Below are positions 29,123 through 37,477 of a DNA stretch of 64,000 bases, one piece after another. Positions within the stretch are counted from its first letter, which is position 1. Each line of letters begins with the position of its first letter. A model generated the notes under the pieces. That model saw only the letters and a list, made by a program, of their open reading frames with translations, made no database searches and was not told the DNA's origin. Origin of the DNA: an uncultured virus (IMG/VR IMGVR_UViG_3300025127_000014) (Duplodnaviria > Heunggongvirae > Uroviricota > Caudoviricetes); IMG/VR virus record IMGVR_UViG_3300025127_000014; one strand, 5' to 3'. The position numbers were made by a program, and so were the translations under genes.

Positions 29123-30845
29123 TCAAAAACAAATAAATAAAAATTGGCAAGAGTTTCTAGCCGAAGCTAAATATGATTTTAAACCCGGGTACACCCGAGC
29201 ATATACTAAAGCCGACCCTTTAAATAAACTTCCTAGACACCTAGCTAAAACTATAAGAAACCATGCTGAGTACTTTGCACAGCGTATGATTGAAGACAAA
29301 GATGTCAAACAGATGGCTGCATTTGCAACAGCTGTGCGGGCCACCGGGATAAAAGCGAAAAGCGACCAGATGTATTATGTTTTTATGAAAGACGATGACA
29401 CTTACCTTGATCCTTTTGGCCAAGACGCCTTGACCCAAACCGGTAATGGATACTATGCGTGGCGTGAATCTCTCCCCTCCGGTGTTCCAGAGCCTTCTGC
29501 AGCCTTAGCAGATGCATTTGAGAAAGAAGTGGTAATGAATCTTGAAAAAATGTTAGGCCAAGAGTTGACCATAACTTGGTTTTCCGATAAATTTCCATCA
29601 CTTTTTAGCAGTCTTAAAAATGATCCTGAATTCCTTGAACCTTTTGATACAGATAACGATGAAACCCTTAGTGACGATGAATTAAATCAAATCCCTCTCG
29701 ATGATATACCTGAACTTGAGCCGCTTGTGCCAGATTTATCGGATTTTGATTTTGACCCAAACCCATTGCCAGTTGTAGCTAAACCGGCCGACGAGCCAGA
29801 ACAAACACCTGAGCCAGAAAGCGAGCCGGAATATGAACCAGATGATCAGGATAAGGTTGTTGCTGGTATTAACAGCGATGTGTACCCTGACTCTTTGATG
29901 AACATACTTAAGCCTATTGATTTTCTTACAAAAGATGAGAAAGGCCAGCTATTGTTATTAATGCTGAAAGCAACAGAAGAAGACGATGTTGTATTAGAAG
30001 CAATCGGAGATTCTGATCGAGGACCCCGTACTTTCTCGCCAAACACCACAAGAGAATTAAACGATCTTATAGCTTCATTTGGTCTTGAGTCTCAAAATCA
30101 AAAAAAGCTTGAGAGAACTATTCAAAAGTGGGCCAGAATGAATACAGTTAAGTTCAGCGCTCCACCGAAAGAGCCTGATATGGACTTTGAATTGCCGCCT
30201 GAAGCTCCGGTAGATGATGAAACAGAACCTGAAGACGAAGAAAGTGGCATTGTTGATAAAGCCATGGATACTGTAAAGCAAAAAGCGCAAGATTTAGGAG
30301 TTGAGATCCCAGATGTGGAGCAAGTAAAGTTTGCGCTTGATGCAATTAGTGTTGCCGGCGTTACGGGCGCCGGAGAAATTGTAGCAACCCCTGCCACGAT
30401 AGCCTCACTGGCTCTTAACATAGCAACAAAAGACTGGGACGATGCTCTAATAGATGTTATCTCGCTTTTACCAGTAGCCGGCAAAGCTTTTAAACTGAGC
30501 GCCAAAGGCGCCAAAGCAGCTAAAGCTGTAAAAACAATTGACCGCGCCGCCAAGATAGCTGATGTGGTCAAAAAAGGAAAAGCCACGGGTAATGTTGCGA
30601 AAAATCTTGGTATGATGTTGGGCTCGCGACTTGATAAGAAAGAATTGCAACAAGTAGCAAACATTAAAGATTTCATTGCTAAACTTGCAGACTCTGGAGT
30701 GTTTGGTGACGCAGCCGATAAATTATCAGAACCGTTTCTTGACATGATGGCAGCTGCAAAGAAGGCGCAACGAGATAAAAACAACGTAACAGAGTCATTT
30801 GACCGTTTACAAACTTTAGCTGGAATTAAAAAGAGGATATTATGA
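29115..30845 (+). CDS. Large acidic putative internal/ejected head protein
   Basis: NWQEFLAE leader, EF-hand-like loop, Pro/Glu linkers, hydrophobic hairpin and C-terminal ESFDRLQTLAGI. Confidence 0.65.
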   Translation: MNNQKQINKNWQEFLAEAKYDFKPGYTRAYTKADPLNKLPRHLAKTIRNHAEYFAQRMIEDKDVKQMAAFATAVRATGIKAKSDQMYYVFMKDDDTYLDPFGQDALTQTGNGYYAWRESLPSGVPEPSAALADAFEKEVVMNLEKMLGQELTITWFSDKFPSLFSSLKNDPEFLEPFDTDNDETLSDDELNQIPLDDIPELEPLVPDLSDFDFDPNPLPVVAKPADEPEQTPEPESEPEYEPDDQDKVVAGINSDVYPDSLMNILKPIDFLTKDEKGQLLLLMLKATEEDDVVLEAIGDSDRGPRTFSPNTTRELNDLIASFGLESQNQKKLERTIQKWARMNTVKFSAPPKEPDMDFELPPEAPVDDETEPEDEESGIVDKAMDTVKQKAQDLGVEIPDVEQVKFALDAISVAGVTGAGEIVATPATIASLALNIATKDWDDALIDVISLLPVAGKAFKLSAKGAKAAKAVKTIDRAAKIADVVKKGKATGNVAKNLGMMLGSRLDKKELQQVANIKDFIAKLADSGVFGDAADKLSEPFLDMMAAAKKAQRDKNNVTESFDRLQTLAGIKKRIL

Positions 30846-31294
30846 AAAAAGCTGACTTAAAAAAATTAATTAAACCTTTGGTGAAGGAATGTATTCACGA
30901 AGTGCTTATTGAAGAAGGCGTCTTATCGAACGTTGTTTCTGAGGTTGCAAAAGGAATGCAAACTAATATTGTTGTCGAGAACACAAAACAAGTCAAAAAA
31001 CAAGAAAACCGCCTATTTAATGAGGACTTACAAATGAAGCGAAGTCAAAAAGAAGGCCGATTGAAGCTACAGGAACACAGAAAAAAATTACTTGAAGCTG
31101 TTAGTACTAATGCCTACAATGGAGTTGATTTATTCGAAGGCACTGAACCTATGTCTTCTTATGAAGCTACCGACCAAGGCGGCGGCGCCTCTGTTGATTT
31201 AGGTAACCCAAGTGACTCTGGTGTTGATATTAGCTCTCTTCTTGGTGGCGCTTCACAAGTATGGGACCAAATGAATAGGAAAAGAAATGGGTAG
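30842..31294 (+). CDS. Putative prohead-associated protein with LKKLIK...VLIEE leader
   Basis: MKKADLKKLIKPLVKECIHEVLIEE; GAGG RBS. Confidence 0.7.
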   Translation: MKKADLKKLIKPLVKECIHEVLIEEGVLSNVVSEVAKGMQTNIVVENTKQVKKQENRLFNEDLQMKRSQKEGRLKLQEHRKKLLEAVSTNAYNGVDLFEGTEPMSSYEATDQGGGASVDLGNPSDSGVDISSLLGGASQVWDQMNRKRNG

Positions 31295-31526
31295 TAATGT
31301 TGTAGTTAAATCAAAAGAGTGCCGCGGCAATCACGAAAGAATGATTAGACGTTTTATTAAAAAATGTAAAAAAGAGAGAATAATCGAAGAGTACAAAGAT
31401 AGGCGAAGATACAAAAAGCCTTCTGAAAAAAAGCGTGATAAAAGAGCCCGGGCCCAACGAGAAAGAAAAAGACAGGAATTGAAAAGACAAAGACTGTTAG
31501 AAAAACGTAGTAGAAGAAAAAATTAG
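31287..31526 (+). CDS. rpsU: Phage-encoded ribosomal protein bS21
   Basis: 79 aa, very basic; ERMIRRFIKKCKKERIIEEYKDRRRYKKPSEKKR matches the bS21 pattern (RRFK+...E...R..Y.KPS..R). Confidence 0.85.
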   Translation: MGSNVVVKSKECRGNHERMIRRFIKKCKKERIIEEYKDRRRYKKPSEKKRDKRARAQRERKRQELKRQRLLEKRSRRKN

Positions 31527-31528
31527 AT

Positions 31529-31536
31529 ACTATTTA
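31529..31536 (+). promoter_or_regulatory. Putative late promoter box ACTATTTA
   Basis: Intergenic, upstream of the ATG at 31568. Confidence 0.65.
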
Positions 31537-31567
31537 CTACGAATGATATAAATTTTGGAGAATTAAG

Positions 31568-32032
31568 ATGTCAAATTGGAAAGACCCTTCTTGGGCAATG
31601 CGGGTGGGAATCAACCATGTTCCTGCTTTTCAAACTAGCGGCCGCCCTTTTGCATCGGGAGGTATTGATGCCACTTTTGATCAGTGTGTTGTCAACTTTC
31701 CTTATGTCACAAGATGGATTCAGGTTATTAATGATGGCTCAGGCTCAGTAAAGGTTGGTTTTGGACCAAACGCCTTCCTTCCTGATAATAAAAACTTTTT
31801 TATTGTGCCCTCTGGTTCGGCTTCGGAGCGCATGGAAGTAAAGGTAAATAGAATTTATGTAAAGGGTGGTGATAATGTCACGCTTACTCCAAGTGAGTCC
31901 CCAATTTCTGTTGTTGCTGGTCTTACAAGTATTGAAACAAACCGGGTTGACTTTCCTACTGGCTCTAAGGATCAGTGGCATTTGGATCAAAACGCAATTA
32001 GCTGGTCAGGTTCATATAACGGAGTCGGCTAA
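31568..32032 (+). CDS. Putative virion structural protein
   Basis: Beta-rich 154 aa with SGS motifs; late box and GGAG RBS. Confidence 0.6.
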   Translation: MSNWKDPSWAMRVGINHVPAFQTSGRPFASGGIDATFDQCVVNFPYVTRWIQVINDGSGSVKVGFGPNAFLPDNKNFFIVPSGSASERMEVKVNRIYVKGGDNVTLTPSESPISVVAGLTSIETNRVDFPTGSKDQWHLDQNAISWSGSYNGVG

Positions 32033-32035
32033 TAT

Positions 32036-32767
32036 ATGTCAAGATTTGGATGGGCATATGTAAACTGCACCGAAGGTGGCTCTACTACTAACTCTGATGG
32101 TGTTACCGGCTCTGTCATGTTTATGACTGGAGCCGGCGGTATATCTGGATCCGACTTTTTCATGTATAATTTTGATGGCTCTGTTCCCGGTGCTGGGGGC
32201 ACAACTAGCAGTCTCATCCTGACCGGTACGTTCTTTATCTCCGGTGCAATCTCCGCTAGTAGCTATCATTTCGAAGATATAACTAGGATTGAAGCAAGTG
32301 GCTCAACAAGGTTTGGTAATACAAATGACGACCAACATGTCAGAACGGGTAGCTTAACAATTGGTCGAACAAACGTTGTTACATTTCATGTAGATTCAGA
32401 AAATAGACAAATCAGCATGCCGCATGGTGTCAAATACGGATACACCACTGTTTCGGGTGGTACAGGCGTGATAACTTACGCCTCATCTTCTAACACAAAT
32501 CACATTATAGGTGTGAAGGGGCAATGCCCAGTTGAAATCAGATTACACTCTGCTGCTGATTCAGTCGGTGTCGCTATGACGGGCTCGGTACTAGTAATTA
32601 AAGATGAATTTACAGGTGAGCGCATGCCAATTGACGGAGTTCCTGCCTCAATTGTTCTGTCTGGATCCGGTGGAGAAACAATTGATGGCGAGCAGTATTA
32701 CGAAATGACAGGTACAATGACTGCAATATCTGTTTATTCTAATGGCTCTAATTGGTTTGTCTTCTAA
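32036..32767 (+). CDS. Fibre/decoration-like virion protein 1
   Basis: Ser/Gly/Thr-rich; C-terminal IKDE...TIDG...SVYSNGSNWFVF domain shared with the next three genes. Confidence 0.65.
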   Translation: MSRFGWAYVNCTEGGSTTNSDGVTGSVMFMTGAGGISGSDFFMYNFDGSVPGAGGTTSSLILTGTFFISGAISASSYHFEDITRIEASGSTRFGNTNDDQHVRTGSLTIGRTNVVTFHVDSENRQISMPHGVKYGYTTVSGGTGVITYASSSNTNHIIGVKGQCPVEIRLHSAADSVGVAMTGSVLVIKDEFTGERMPIDGVPASIVLSGSGGETIDGEQYYEMTGTMTAISVYSNGSNWFVF

Positions 32768-32803
32768 TTATAATTGTATAATTATATTAGAGGGCTGATG
32801 TAG

Positions 32804-33583
32804 ATGGGATACAATGTCTTATCGGGAAACGTATTACTTCCCGGTCAATTGCTGGCTGATGGGCAAGTTTCTTCTAGTGCTTTTGTAGGTGACGGCAAAG
32901 AGTTAGAGCATGTTTTAAAAATTACATCTAATCCAGATCAATATAATTTAACAACTATTGGAGCAGATGCTTATAAATTAACTGGCGAATCAAATCTTAC
33001 ATTTAATGGCGGTACAAACACGCTGACCGTTACAGGTGAAATTTCAGCTAGTGTCGGAATATCATCATCGTTTTTTATTGGAGATGGTAGGTTTTTGACG
33101 AATGTGCCTGTTAGGGGTGGGATATTCAATGAATTAACTAACAACCTAGCAGCGACCACAAGCAGTATTGCTGTTGGCGGAAGTACAGCCCCTGACCATG
33201 CTGTTGCCGTTAGTGGTGCAATGTCAGCCAGCTTAAATGTTTCTGCCTCTGGATTTGTGGGCGGCAGATTACATATATCAGGTGCGGTTGTTTATCATCA
33301 CAAAACTTCAACCGCAACTATGACTGCTTCAGTGGATGATTTTTATATTGGAATGGATTCAACAGCAGGTGCTATAGAACTAAGATTGCCTGATGCCGCT
33401 GTTTTGACAGACGGTCATACTTACATAATTAAAGATGAGGGTGGCGAAGCAGGTACGAATAATATAACAATTTTAGCCTCTGGATCTCAAACAATCGACG
33501 GTGAAAATTCACTAGTTTTGGAGTCGTCTTATGCATCTCTTTCGCTTTATTGTAATGGCTTCGATCGGTACTATGTTTACTGA
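32804..33583 (+). CDS. Fibre/decoration-like virion protein 2
   Basis: C-terminal LRLP...IKDEGG...TIDG...SLYCNG domain; GESNLTF motif. Confidence 0.65.
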   Translation: MGYNVLSGNVLLPGQLLADGQVSSSAFVGDGKELEHVLKITSNPDQYNLTTIGADAYKLTGESNLTFNGGTNTLTVTGEISASVGISSSFFIGDGRFLTNVPVRGGIFNELTNNLAATTSSIAVGGSTAPDHAVAVSGAMSASLNVSASGFVGGRLHISGAVVYHHKTSTATMTASVDDFYIGMDSTAGAIELRLPDAAVLTDGHTYIIKDEGGEAGTNNITILASGSQTIDGENSLVLESSYASLSLYCNGFDRYYVY

Positions 33584-33633
33584 GTAATTTTGCACCTATT
33601 TATGAGCAACAGGCATCTTGTGTGTCTGTTTAA

Positions 33634-33641
33634 ACTATTTA
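33634..33641 (+). promoter_or_regulatory. Putative late promoter box ACTATTTA (variant CCTATTTA also at 33595)
   Basis: Intergenic, upstream of the ATG at 33672. Confidence 0.65.
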
Positions 33642-33671
33642 AAAATCAATTTTATATGGAGGGTTTTATAA

Positions 33672-35294
33672 ATGGCTTATAAATTTCAATTTGGTACCAC
33701 CAAACTCAGCGGTTCAACGACATTCGAAGAAGCGCTAGTTGGTGAGTCCACAATCTCAGGTTCAGGAAGACTTTCTGGTAAAGAACTTATTCTTGACGCT
33801 GCAGGTGTTATTGGTACTAGCGCTGACGCTGATCTCATAACACTTACCACCGACAAAGTTACTGTTGCCGGTGATCTTTCAGCCTCTATTGATCTTCAGG
33901 CTGAATCTGTTGTAATTAAACAAAATGGTAGACTTGGTGTCCGAGGCGACATCGACCTTATAACGCTTTCCCCTAACAACGTTGTGGTTGCTGGTGCTCT
34001 TTCAGGCTCTGGCGCTGGCTCTATTGGCGGTGCTCTTAAGGTTGGTGCTGGAACAAGTGGTGTTATCGGAATCGAAGATGATTCAGATCTCTTAACTTTG
34101 TCAGCAGATCTTCTTACGGTCGCTGGTGGCGTCAAAGGCACTACGCTTTCTGGCTCTAGCACTTTAAGTGTTGTTGGAGCTTCTACATTCGGTCCCGGCG
34201 AACTCGCTAAGATTTCTGCTGCCGGTGTTTTCTCAGGTTCTGGTGTTTCTACACTTAGTGGCCTGACTGCTGACGCAGTTACAGTCGGCACTGCTACAAT
34301 TAGTGGTGGTACTCTTTCAGGCTCAGTTGTTTCTGGTGCTGCTGGTCACTTCCTTGACCTTTTTGCTGGCGACCTTACCGTCGACGGTGCATTCGCTGCA
34401 TCAACTCTTTCAGCTTCTCTCGGTATTACCGGTAGCTCGTTAGAGATCTACGCTGAAGGCGGTGGCGGAGTGCCATTCTTCGAAGCACAGAACGGTATCC
34501 TTTCTGCTTCTGGTGTCTCCACACTTTACAGTGTAACTTCTGATGCACTTATTGCTCAAACTGCTGACATTAATGGGGGTACTCTTGATGACGTTATTAT
34601 TGGTGGATCTAACACAGCTTCTGCTAAGTTCACAACTCTTTCAGCTTCAAGCACTTTAAACGTTGTTGGTGCTTCTAACTTTGGTCCTGAAAACAAGGTT
34701 CAGATCTCTGCTGCTGGTGTTGTTTCTGGTTCTGGCGACTCGACACTTCACAAGTTGTCCTCTAACCAGCTTGTCTATGGCTCCGCTTCTCTTAACGGAC
34801 CACAGTACATTAACAAGTTGGCTACTTCGGTCGACGAGATCATGGGCTTAACCACTGGTAGTATTCTCTACCACGATGAAGCGACTGGCTTACAGAAGCT
34901 TGGTTCATTCTCAAGCTATGCTTTGGCTCTTGCGGGTACAGGTATTACTGCTACTGACGGTGTTCTTTCTGTTGATACCACCGGTGGTGACAGTGTTTCT
35001 GCTACTCACATCCCAGAAGCTGCCTATGGTAACCATACGCTTACTGTTGGACTTAACTTCATGACTGTGGCAGCAACTGGCTCTTGTAGCTTCTTGCTTC
35101 CTTCCGGCTCTGCTGGTGATGTTGTCATTGTTAAGACAGCTGCTGATGTTAGCTCAACTAACTTCGTTAAAATCTCATCTTCTGTTGCTACTGGCGACGA
35201 AATTGATGGTTTCTCTGAAGCACGTATCGAATCACCATTCGGTGCTGTATCGTTGATTTACTCTAACTCTGATGGCAAGTGGGTCATCTACTAG
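33672..35294 (+). CDS. Fibre/decoration-like virion protein 3 with internal repeats
   Basis: Three DL(I/L)TL...VAG repeats, two TTLS(G/A)SSTL.VVGAS.FGP repeats and the shared C-terminal IDG...W domain. Confidence 0.7.
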   Translation: MAYKFQFGTTKLSGSTTFEEALVGESTISGSGRLSGKELILDAAGVIGTSADADLITLTTDKVTVAGDLSASIDLQAESVVIKQNGRLGVRGDIDLITLSPNNVVVAGALSGSGAGSIGGALKVGAGTSGVIGIEDDSDLLTLSADLLTVAGGVKGTTLSGSSTLSVVGASTFGPGELAKISAAGVFSGSGVSTLSGLTADAVTVGTATISGGTLSGSVVSGAAGHFLDLFAGDLTVDGAFAASTLSASLGITGSSLEIYAEGGGGVPFFEAQNGILSASGVSTLYSVTSDALIAQTADINGGTLDDVIIGGSNTASAKFTTLSASSTLNVVGASNFGPENKVQISAAGVVSGSGDSTLHKLSSNQLVYGSASLNGPQYINKLATSVDEIMGLTTGSILYHDEATGLQKLGSFSSYALALAGTGITATDGVLSVDTTGGDSVSATHIPEAAYGNHTLTVGLNFMTVAATGSCSFLLPSGSAGDVVIVKTAADVSSTNFVKISSSVATGDEIDGFSEARIESPFGAVSLIYSNSDGKWVIY

Positions 35295-35322
35295 GCCGAG
35301 ATTGTTTTACAATTTCTTTTTT

Positions 35323-35356
35323 GGATGTCTCCCGAAAGGGGGGCATCCTTTTTTTT
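35323..35356 (+). terminator. Rho-independent terminator
   Basis: GGATGTCTCCC-GAAA-GGGGGGCATCC hairpin followed by a T run. Confidence 0.9.
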
Positions 35357-35358
35357 GT

Positions 35359-35366
35359 ACTATTTA
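35359..35366 (+). promoter_or_regulatory. Putative late promoter box ACTATTTA
   Basis: Immediately after the terminator, upstream of the ATG at 35386. Confidence 0.7.
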
Positions 35367-35385
35367 ATGTGAGGAACATAAAAAT

Positions 35386-37404
35386 ATGGCTTATAACATC
35401 ATCAAAGGTAAAGTAGAGTTCTCCAACTCAACAACCGGCTCAGTCGAAAGTTTAGTAGATATCTGGAGAAATCAAACAATTGGAGGCACTAAAACTTTTA
35501 CTAGTAACATTACATCTAGTGGTTACTGGGATTCAACTCGCAATGCAAAATTAGAACCTTTATCTACATTGATTGCCGCTGACGGAGCGGATCGGGTCTT
35601 AACTTCTGATGGCGACGGAACGCTCACAGCTGAGTCAAGTGTGACTATTACGACGGCTGCTAGTGCTACAAGCTTAAGCGTGGATGGCCATATAACCGGC
35701 TCAACTTTCTCTGGCTCTGCTCATGGTTTAACCGGAATTATATTAAATAAAGATCATCTTGCAACAATTAATTACGATGGCTTGGCCAACAGATTATCAG
35801 CATCAAATATTGTTTTGGGTCTTGGTATTTCTAGTAGCGTTGATCCCGCCGGCCTTGGTCATGGTTCTGAATTACAGGTTACCGGCGGTCAAGGTATTGC
35901 TGTTGACACAGAAGGTGTCCGTGTTTTGACCGCTTCAAATGGTGGATTAGCATTCACAGGTTTAACTTTACAGGTGGATGCTTCTAAGACTTCAAACAAA
36001 GGCGGAGGTCCATCTAACAATGATGCATTTATAATTGCTGACTCCGGTGACAGCAGTGCAATTAAGAATCTAACATATAGTCAAATTAAAACAGCAATTA
36101 CTGATAGTATCTCATCGGCGGCTATCACAAGTTATACTAACAGCGGCAACGATAGGCTCGTGACGTCAGTAAACAGCACAACTGTTAATGGTGAAGCAAA
36201 TCTTACTTTTGATGGTAGCGTTCTTTCTGTAAGTGGAAATTTAAGTGTTAGTGGTGCCACCGATACACCTACGTTATTTGTAAAACCGGGTGGTGCTAGT
36301 TTTGGTAAAGTAGGTATTAATAACGATGATCTGGGTGTTACACTGACGGTTACAGACAATGGTGCGCCAGCCACACTTGGATTACATAGAACATCTTCAG
36401 CTTTCTATATTGATGGAGATGATATCGGTGATGTTGCCTTTGTTGGTTCTGCACTTGGAGAAGTTTTATCGGTTTCGTCCAGAATCAGAGTCGAAGCCGA
36501 CGGTTCAGAGTGGAACAATGAATCATATCCAACTCGTATGTCATTTTGGACAACCTTAACAGGAACCTCTACACCCGTACAACACATGGTAATTAACAAT
36601 TCTGGTAATGTTGGTATTGGTATAACTGGCTCTGCTCCAAATAGTAAACTGCACCTCTCTGGCAATTTAACAATACAAGCAACAAATCCAAATATACATT
36701 TTAGTAGTAGTACTGGTGAAGATTTAGCTGAAATTGGTGTCAACGACTCTGATAATATTTTAATTCAAAACAACACTACAAATAAACACATTGTGTTTAA
36801 GACCAATGACGCTGGTTCAATGAAAGAGGGTCTTCGGATTGATGGTGCTGTGCCGGAAGTTGTTGTTAACCAAGGCTCGGATTCATTGATTGATTTCCGT
36901 GTAGAGAGTAATAACAATACTCACATGCTTATGGTTGATGGTTCCGGTGATAAAGTTGGTATTAATGTCGACGTACCAACACATACATTGACTGTGGTTG
37001 GTGACGCCTCGATATCTGGCCATTTAACTGCTTCCGTAGGTTTGGTTGTTACTGGTTCGTCGTTGGTAAGTGGTTCTGTGAGAACAAGTTATAAACTCAG
37101 AGAATCAGCAGGATCTTATAATGTTCCAGAAGATACAAGTGTTATAGTATTTAATAACGGCTCATCGCACACAGCGGTCCTGCCACCAATTACAAATATA
37201 AACGATGGGATACAATATTATTTTAAAAACATCGGATCTGGCGGTGTAACAATTACTGGCTCGACAATAGCTGCAGCAGGAAATGAACAATTTATTGATG
37301 GCCAGCAAACATTTGCAATCACGCAGGGTGAAGCTGTAAAACTTATAGGCTTCAAACTTCTTGGCGCATTTGAGTGGGCGGTATTATCTTTTAGAGACGT
37401 ATAA
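35386..37404 (+). CDS. Fibre-like virion protein 4
   Basis: GNVGIG/KVGIN fibre-shaft repeats, GEANLTFDG and the shared C-terminal LP...KN...IDG...W domain. Confidence 0.7.
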   Translation: MAYNIIKGKVEFSNSTTGSVESLVDIWRNQTIGGTKTFTSNITSSGYWDSTRNAKLEPLSTLIAADGADRVLTSDGDGTLTAESSVTITTAASATSLSVDGHITGSTFSGSAHGLTGIILNKDHLATINYDGLANRLSASNIVLGLGISSSVDPAGLGHGSELQVTGGQGIAVDTEGVRVLTASNGGLAFTGLTLQVDASKTSNKGGGPSNNDAFIIADSGDSSAIKNLTYSQIKTAITDSISSAAITSYTNSGNDRLVTSVNSTTVNGEANLTFDGSVLSVSGNLSVSGATDTPTLFVKPGGASFGKVGINNDDLGVTLTVTDNGAPATLGLHRTSSAFYIDGDDIGDVAFVGSALGEVLSVSSRIRVEADGSEWNNESYPTRMSFWTTLTGTSTPVQHMVINNSGNVGIGITGSAPNSKLHLSGNLTIQATNPNIHFSSSTGEDLAEIGVNDSDNILIQNNTTNKHIVFKTNDAGSMKEGLRIDGAVPEVVVNQGSDSLIDFRVESNNNTHMLMVDGSGDKVGINVDVPTHTLTVVGDASISGHLTASVGLVVTGSSLVSGSVRTSYKLRESAGSYNVPEDTSVIVFNNGSSHTAVLPPITNINDGIQYYFKNIGSGGVTITGSTIAAAGNEQFIDGQQTFAITQGEAVKLIGFKLLGAFEWAVLSFRDV

Positions 37405-37437
37405 TAATATTAAAAATGGTTTTTGTAAATAAAGCAC

Positions 37438-37445
37438 ACTATTTA
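37438..37445 (+). promoter_or_regulatory. Putative late promoter box ACTATTTA
   Basis: Upstream of the scaffold-capsid operon. Confidence 0.7.
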
Positions 37446-37477
37446 CAGTGAATTACTGTTTTATAGGAGTTTATTAC

